This document shows positions 58,737 through 64,000 of a DNA stretch of 64,000 nt, piece after piece. The first letter of the stretch is position 1. Each line of letters starts with the position of its first letter. Location of the stretch: the NCBI GenBank assembly GCA_000146465.1, contig CP001948.1. One strand, given 5' to 3'. Below the pieces are notes generated by a model. It saw only the letters and a program-made list of their open reading frames with translations. It had not been told where the DNA came from and did not search any database. Position numbers and translations under genes: made by a program.

Positions 58737-60164
58737 ATGGTGCCAATAACACAAAGGATAGTGGAAGCTTTGAAGGTACAGGATGAAGTAAGATCTTCTG
58801 ATATTGAAGGGCTTTATTCGGAGGTACATGGAGCATTGATAAGCCTTGAGAGCAAAGGGATATGCAACTTGAGAAAGGAGGAATCGTATGAGGAAGTGTT
58901 GACTTCTGAAGGAGAAAAAATAGAGAAGAATGGAAGCCAAGAGTATTTGCTCTTTCAATCGATAGGAGAAGATGGAATAAGTACCGACAAACTGTCAGGA
59001 CATGAGGTGGGAAAGATGAATGCATTCAAGAATAAATGGATAAGAAAAGAGGGAGACAAAATTTTTCGAAATAGAGAAGATGTTGAAGACATGGTTCGGA
59101 ATATGGTTTTAAGCATGAAAAAAGGTACAGCTTCTGCAGAGGAGATAGAGTTATTGAGGAAAAGGAAGCTAGTGGCAGTGAAGAAAAACATTACGTTCAT
59201 AGTAACGAAGGGTCCTATGTTCTTTGATAGTACTTCATATGCAGCTGAGCTAACATCGGAAATGATTCTAGACGGGACCTATAAAAACCTTAGTTTCAAA
59301 CACTACAATTTCAATACCACAGGAAACATTCCTCGATGTGGATCGATTCATCCTCTTATGAAGATAAAAGAAGATTTCAAAAGAATATTCATTGAGTTAG
59401 GATTTAGTGAGATGTCGACAAACCAATATGTCGAATCGTCTTTTTGGAATTTTGACGCATTGTTTCAGCCGCAGAACCATCCATCCAGAGATGCACATGA
59501 TACTTTTTTCCTTTCGGACCCCGAACTAAGCTCTAGATTTCCAGAAAACTATCTTGAAGAGGTTAAGGAAACACACTGTGGAGGAAGGCATGGATCCTTA
59601 GGATATATGAACAGCTGGGACATTAAAGAGGCGCAAAAAAACATATTAAGAACACATACAACATCGGTCAGCGCTAGAAACCTATATCAACTTGCAAAAA
59701 AAGAATTCAAGCCTGTGAAGCTCTTTTCGATTGACAAGGTTTTTCGAAATGAGAGTGTGGATGCAACGCATCTTGCTGAATTCCACCAAGTAGAGGGTCT
59801 GATTGCAGGAAAGGGTTTAAACATAACTCATCTCATGGGAATTCTTCAAGAGTTTTTCAACCGACTTGGGATGAGCGACATCCGATTCAAGCCCGCATTC
59901 AATCCGTATACAGAGCCCTCGATGGAGGTGTTTGGGTACCATAAAGGGATGAACCGATGGATGGAAGTTGGAAACTCGGGGATGTTTCGGCCGGAAATGC
60001 TAGGGCCCATGGGATTTGATCCTGATATAAATGTCATTGCATGGGGATTGTCTTTGGAAAGACCTGCCATGATAAAATATGGACTAAAGAATATCAGGGA
60101 GCTTGTTGGGCATAAGGTCGACATCGAATTCTCCAGAAAAAGCAAAATATGTTTCTTTGATTAA
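58737..60164 (+). CDS. Phenylalanyl-tRNA synthetase alpha subunit.
   Basis: Class II motifs FNPYTEPSMEVFGYHKGMNRWMEVGNSGMFRPEML and HQVEGLIAGKGL. 475 aa. Confidence 0.9.
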   Translation: MVPITQRIVEALKVQDEVRSSDIEGLYSEVHGALISLESKGICNLRKEESYEEVLTSEGEKIEKNGSQEYLLFQSIGEDGISTDKLSGHEVGKMNAFKNKWIRKEGDKIFRNREDVEDMVRNMVLSMKKGTASAEEIELLRKRKLVAVKKNITFIVTKGPMFFDSTSYAAELTSEMILDGTYKNLSFKHYNFNTTGNIPRCGSIHPLMKIKEDFKRIFIELGFSEMSTNQYVESSFWNFDALFQPQNHPSRDAHDTFFLSDPELSSRFPENYLEEVKETHCGGRHGSLGYMNSWDIKEAQKNILRTHTTSVSARNLYQLAKKEFKPVKLFSIDKVFRNESVDATHLAEFHQVEGLIAGKGLNITHLMGILQEFFNRLGMSDIRFKPAFNPYTEPSMEVFGYHKGMNRWMEVGNSGMFRPEMLGPMGFDPDINVIAWGLSLERPAMIKYGLKNIRELVGHKVDIEFSRKSKICFFD

Positions 60165-60202
60165 ACACTATCTATATTATCAATGCAGGTTCCCCCTTCC
60201 GA

Positions 60203-63010
60203 ATGTTTTACTTAAGTCGAGCTGTTGTGAACATGGATCTCTATATGAAAGTATTATGCAACTCGTCAGACATATACTTAGTGCAATCTTCGTCGATAGC
60301 TATTTATACAATTAAGCATGGAAAGCTAATATATGTAAGGAAGACAGAATTTTTTGATGTGATCAAGTCGGCAGTCATTATTGGAAACGAGCTTCTTGTA
60401 GTCTTCAACGGATACATTGTATTTCTGGACAGATTTCTTGATGAAAGGACCCGGTACAGACTTGGAAGAAGCTCCGTAGACTATAGACACGTTGGAGCAT
60501 ACATTGCATGTGGAAAATCCAGTATCTGTCTTACATCTTTTTTTGGGAACATGACTTTCTGTACCCTTGGAAGTGGCTTGGAGAGTCCTATCGAATACTC
60601 TGCTGACAAGAGTGTAATTATCGACTTCAAGAGCGTGGAAGGGACAGGACAGTACATTTCATTAGAAAAGAACCCAAAGGGAACATTTGCCAAGATTTAT
60701 GAGCATAGTCCGGAAATTATAGAAGTATTAAGGGAAATAAGTGTTCCTGGAGGATACATGATTGTTCCATTAAAAGATAGATTTGCAGTATTTTCAACGA
60801 ATAGGGTATTCCTTTTTAGAAGAAATGAAGAAGTTGAAATCTATAAGGTTTCGAAAGGACGAGTTGGAAGCTTAGACTTGGCCCTTGATGAGGGAAATGG
60901 AGAATGCAGATGCTCAGATACTTTGGAAGAGAAGATGTTTACATGTTATACGTCATATTGTGATGAAAAATGTTTGTTGACGTTGATTGTGGATGAAGAT
61001 GGAGAGCTTTTCAATCTTAATACCACCTATGGTCTAAAGATGGAACATGTAGGAAAGATCAATCCTTCAAAGGATATAGCAATCCATTCTTCTGGACTCT
61101 TAGTTTCAATAGGCTATAATTCCGATAACTGTATATATTATATAGAGAGAAAAGAGGGGAAAATTAGTCTTAAGCTGGTTGCCATGATTGAGACGATAAG
61201 AAGATTCAATACTTCTACAATGGTTTTCGATGGAGTATATCATACCTATGTCTCTGATGGAAAGTACATAGGAGAGATAGTTGAGAAAACACCTATTTCT
61301 TTTCGGAGCGAATTGAACCTTTTTGAAAATGGGAAGGAAAAGATAGTAAGAGGTTTGTTCAATTGTGGAGCGTTTGTATGTGCCCAATACGAAGATGAAG
61401 TCCATTGCCTCTACTTAGAAGGAGAAGAGTTAACAAGTATATATAAGTTTGTGTCTGATGACGAGATAATTGGATATTTCAGGTTGGGAAGGATTGACTT
61501 TTACATGTCTGGAGGGTTAGTTAGGGCATACGAGATGAATGGGGAAGGAGAGTTAGACACAAAGGAATATAAAATCGATTACACCTCATTTTCATCAAAC
61601 TCTCATTGTATATTTCTTGGACAGAGAAATAAAATAATCAAGCTAGGATCTGAGGGGCTAGAAACTATTGAAATAGAGTTTGCTATCAAAGAAATGGAAT
61701 CTGACGAGAGATATTTATTCATACTGACTGGAAAAAGAGTCCTTAGAGTATACAGTATAGATGGTAGGAAATTTGTATTTATCCAGTCGTTCCGTTTTGA
61801 TGTGATATTTCTGTCGGTGTTTGATGGATACCTATATACGATCGGATCGGATATATATAAGTTTCAAATAAAAGAGGATGGATCTCTCTCTCTTCCTATA
61901 AGAATGAAAGAGGCAGGAAGGCCCATAGGGAAGAAGGAAAGATTGATAATATTTGATTCGCAAGTTATGGATCTAAAGTACGAAGGAATTTTAAACATTG
62001 ATGGATGGAAGAGTATCTTTTCAAGAGATATGATATTGGCTTCAAATGAGCATGGGATAAAAGTTTATGAGTACAGGAAACATAAAGTAGTCCTTGTCGA
62101 TGAGATTAGCAAAGAAAAAGATTGTAAAATTTTGGGTAAGGAGCAGATGTATATCGATAACAACCTAGATGGATTTGTAATAAGAAGATTTAACGGATCT
62201 TCCGTAATAGAAGGACATGGCGAGGCCATTGGATTTTCCTCTTCTGAATACCAAATTGTTTCCATGCGCAGGATCATACCAGGTCTTGAAAAACCCGAAA
62301 GTAAATGCTTCTTAAAGATATACAAAGAAGGAAGTTTCATGTACGATTTTGAAACACCTTACAGGATTGATATAACTTACACAAGCAGAGGAGAAGTTTA
62401 TTGTAGTGAGGAAAACAGACTTTATTGCTATGAAGTAGGAGTGAAGTCATTGCTCAGAAAGTTTAAGTTAAAGTTTCCATCAAAAATAAGCGGAATATGC
62501 TCTGACAGGGACAAACTATTTGTCGGAACAGAAAAGGACTCTGTATTCATGGTAAAGGACAGAAGAATTGTTTGTAGAGATAAGTTTCCAAGACGAGTGG
62601 TAGCCTTGGAGAGAATGAATGATGGGAATTTAGTGGTTGGAGATTGGGCAGGAAATATAATTGTCATGGAGGTTAAGGACGATTCCTTAATCTCGGGAGC
62701 ATCAATATTCGTCAATGACATGGTTGTTCAATTTATTTCTCAGGACAAAGTCTTTGGAATATGCATGAGCGGAAAAGTAGTCGAGATAGTGGAGATTGGA
62801 GAGGAGTTGTTTGAGTTTCTTGAGACTATCGGGGAGAAGATAACTGAGGCCTTAAATAGGCCATTTTTTCAGGCTTTTAGGAGAAATAGATTTATCAACT
62901 CGGAGTACATCAAAGAGTTCAGTAAACTGAGTGAGCAGCAAATCAAGGAAGTACTGGAAAAAACGAATGTAGATATCGAAAAGATATTTGAAGTGGTTAA
63001 TGCAATATAA
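60203..63010 (+). CDS. Large beta-propeller protein of the CPSF-A / DDB1 / SF3B3(Rse1) family (935 aa). Subfamily unresolved.
   Basis: Long ORF rich in beta-strand repeats. C-terminal FRRNRFINSEYIKEFSKLSEQQIKEVLEKTNVDIEKIFEVV resembles the conserved CPSF_A C-terminal tail. Moderate support. Confidence 0.5.
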   Translation: MFYLSRAVVNMDLYMKVLCNSSDIYLVQSSSIAIYTIKHGKLIYVRKTEFFDVIKSAVIIGNELLVVFNGYIVFLDRFLDERTRYRLGRSSVDYRHVGAYIACGKSSICLTSFFGNMTFCTLGSGLESPIEYSADKSVIIDFKSVEGTGQYISLEKNPKGTFAKIYEHSPEIIEVLREISVPGGYMIVPLKDRFAVFSTNRVFLFRRNEEVEIYKVSKGRVGSLDLALDEGNGECRCSDTLEEKMFTCYTSYCDEKCLLTLIVDEDGELFNLNTTYGLKMEHVGKINPSKDIAIHSSGLLVSIGYNSDNCIYYIERKEGKISLKLVAMIETIRRFNTSTMVFDGVYHTYVSDGKYIGEIVEKTPISFRSELNLFENGKEKIVRGLFNCGAFVCAQYEDEVHCLYLEGEELTSIYKFVSDDEIIGYFRLGRIDFYMSGGLVRAYEMNGEGELDTKEYKIDYTSFSSNSHCIFLGQRNKIIKLGSEGLETIEIEFAIKEMESDERYLFILTGKRVLRVYSIDGRKFVFIQSFRFDVIFLSVFDGYLYTIGSDIYKFQIKEDGSLSLPIRMKEAGRPIGKKERLIIFDSQVMDLKYEGILNIDGWKSIFSRDMILASNEHGIKVYEYRKHKVVLVDEISKEKDCKILGKEQMYIDNNLDGFVIRRFNGSSVIEGHGEAIGFSSSEYQIVSMRRIIPGLEKPESKCFLKIYKEGSFMYDFETPYRIDITYTSRGEVYCSEENRLYCYEVGVKSLLRKFKLKFPSKISGICSDRDKLFVGTEKDSVFMVKDRRIVCRDKFPRRVVALERMNDGNLVVGDWAGNIIVMEVKDDSLISGASIFVNDMVVQFISQDKVFGICMSGKVVEIVEIGEELFEFLETIGEKITEALNRPFFQAFRRNRFINSEYIKEFSKLSEQQIKEVLEKTNVDIEKIFEVVNAI

Positions 63011-63054
63011 AATTTATTTCTTAAAAATTTACATCAGGAAAATACCCATTTAAA

Positions 63055-63600
63055 ATGTACAAGGCTGAGCCTATGCTCCCCAGTGATGTCTTCTCGTTGG
63101 ACTGGGTGAATCTTGACGAGAAATCTGAAAGCTTTCCCTTAAGTTATTATCTTTATTACTTAATCAACCACGGGGAAGATTGTATTGTTATTCCTTCTCT
63201 AGAAGAAAGAGTGACTTCTTTTGCATATAAGAGGGTCTCCTATGCATACATGATAGGAAAGTTAGAAGAGAAAGACAGAGTTATATGTATACATATTTCA
63301 GCGGTTTCGGTTGCTCCTTCTTTCAGAAGAAATTGCTTTGGAAAGCTATGCATGGACATAGCTGAAGAGAGCGGTAATGTTTATAATGCACATTTTTCCG
63401 ATTTGTATGTAAGGGAAGGAAATAGAATTGCAATTGAATTTTACAAAAAATTAGGTTATGTTGTTTATAGAAAAGTATTCGATTACTATATCGATGGGGG
63501 TGGCGAAGACGCGCTCGACATGAGAAAGTCATTAAAAGCAGATAAGGGGAAAATATACATGGCGAGAGGTACAGACATTCCAGCCTCGGAGTTAAAATGA
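63055..63600 (+). CDS. NAT3: N-alpha-acetyltransferase 20 (NatB catalytic subunit, GNAT fold).
   Basis: Collinear with Naa20. LPSDVFSLDWVNLDEKSESFPLSYYLYYL matches FTCDDLFRFNNINLDPLTETYGIPFYLQYL. ISAVSVAPSFRRNCFGKL matches VTALSVAPEFRRLGLAAKL. ...LGYVVYRKVFDYY...DALDMRK matches LGYSVYRTVIEYY..DAYDMRK. Confidence 0.8.
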   Translation: MYKAEPMLPSDVFSLDWVNLDEKSESFPLSYYLYYLINHGEDCIVIPSLEERVTSFAYKRVSYAYMIGKLEEKDRVICIHISAVSVAPSFRRNCFGKLCMDIAEESGNVYNAHFSDLYVREGNRIAIEFYKKLGYVVYRKVFDYYIDGGGEDALDMRKSLKADKGKIYMARGTDIPASELK

Positions 63601-63698
63601 CTGGAAATAAAATATAGCCAAATTCTTTTTAGGTTTCTTATAATTCAAATGTTACTTTGGAGGAAGTCTTGCTTTGAAATGGATAGGGTTATGATGCG

Positions 63699-63959
63699 TT
63701 ACAAAGACTTCCTATATTTTATGAACTCATCAAGATTTTCAAAGCTTTTTCCTTCGTACACTAAGTTATCATCCACTGTAATATATTCCTTATAGTTGCG
63801 TCCATTGCGATACATCATGCAAAGTTTCCCAGGATATTTCTCACTGAAGAAAAACCCATATCTTATGTAGCTTCCTCCTTGATTAAGATAATCCAGAAGT
63901 TTTTCCTCATCCTCGAAGTAGTACTTGTGATTCTTTATGTTCTTAACGTTCGTAAGCAT
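63699..63959 (-). CDS. Hypothetical protein, possibly 5'-truncated by the window end.
   Basis: ORF only. The reading frame may continue beyond 63959 towards the window edge. Confidence 0.3.
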   Translation of the reverse strand: MLTNVKNIKNHKYYFEDEEKLLDYLNQGGSYIRYGFFFSEKYPGKLCMMYRNGRNYKEYITVDDNLVYEGKSFENLDEFIKYRKSL

Positions 63960-64000
63960 CTTCTTGGCTACTCTGGATATGAGTTCATCTAAATCGTCGT

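Overview
This window reads as a compact eukaryotic nuclear genome segment, not a prokaryotic one. About 55 protein-coding genes lie on both strands, with short intergenic spacers (often under 150 bp) and almost no introns. The recognisable eukaryotic housekeeping genes are alpha-tubulin, ubiquitin-like/L40 fusion, RPL17, RPL37, proteasome beta and Rpt2 subunits, an APC11/RBX1 RING-H2 protein, a formin, a Dopey-family protein, a P5-type ATPase, the V-ATPase c subunit, Dcp2, eIF5, SPB1, Aha1, a GSK3-like kinase, GFA1, a GDA1/CD39 apyrase, ThrRS, PheRS-alpha, two Dus paralogs, and an SF3a subunit 3 homolog. The gene density, the divergent housekeeping proteins, a single 31-nt spliceosomal intron directly after the ATG of RPL37, and the chitin-precursor enzyme GFA1 are most consistent with a microsporidian or related reduced-fungal genome. 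This assignment is inference, since no search could be run. Three Pol III genes (tRNA-Arg-TCG, tRNA-Lys-TTT, and a 5S rRNA on the minus strand) cluster within 1.9 kb, and a tRNA-Ala-AGC lies further on; each is followed by an oligo-T terminator. The most unusual region is 40.8-53.8 kb. Three consecutive same-strand genes there encode low-complexity, tandem-repeat proteins, the second and third carrying signal peptides. Next to them is a divergently transcribed pair: a 954-aa Thr/Ser-rich mucin-like secreted protein and an ERGIC-53-like L-type lectin receptor. These are candidate uncharacterised spore-wall, polar-tube or host-interface proteins. Many ORFs in the supplied six-frame track are antisense or low-complexity artefacts and were not called.
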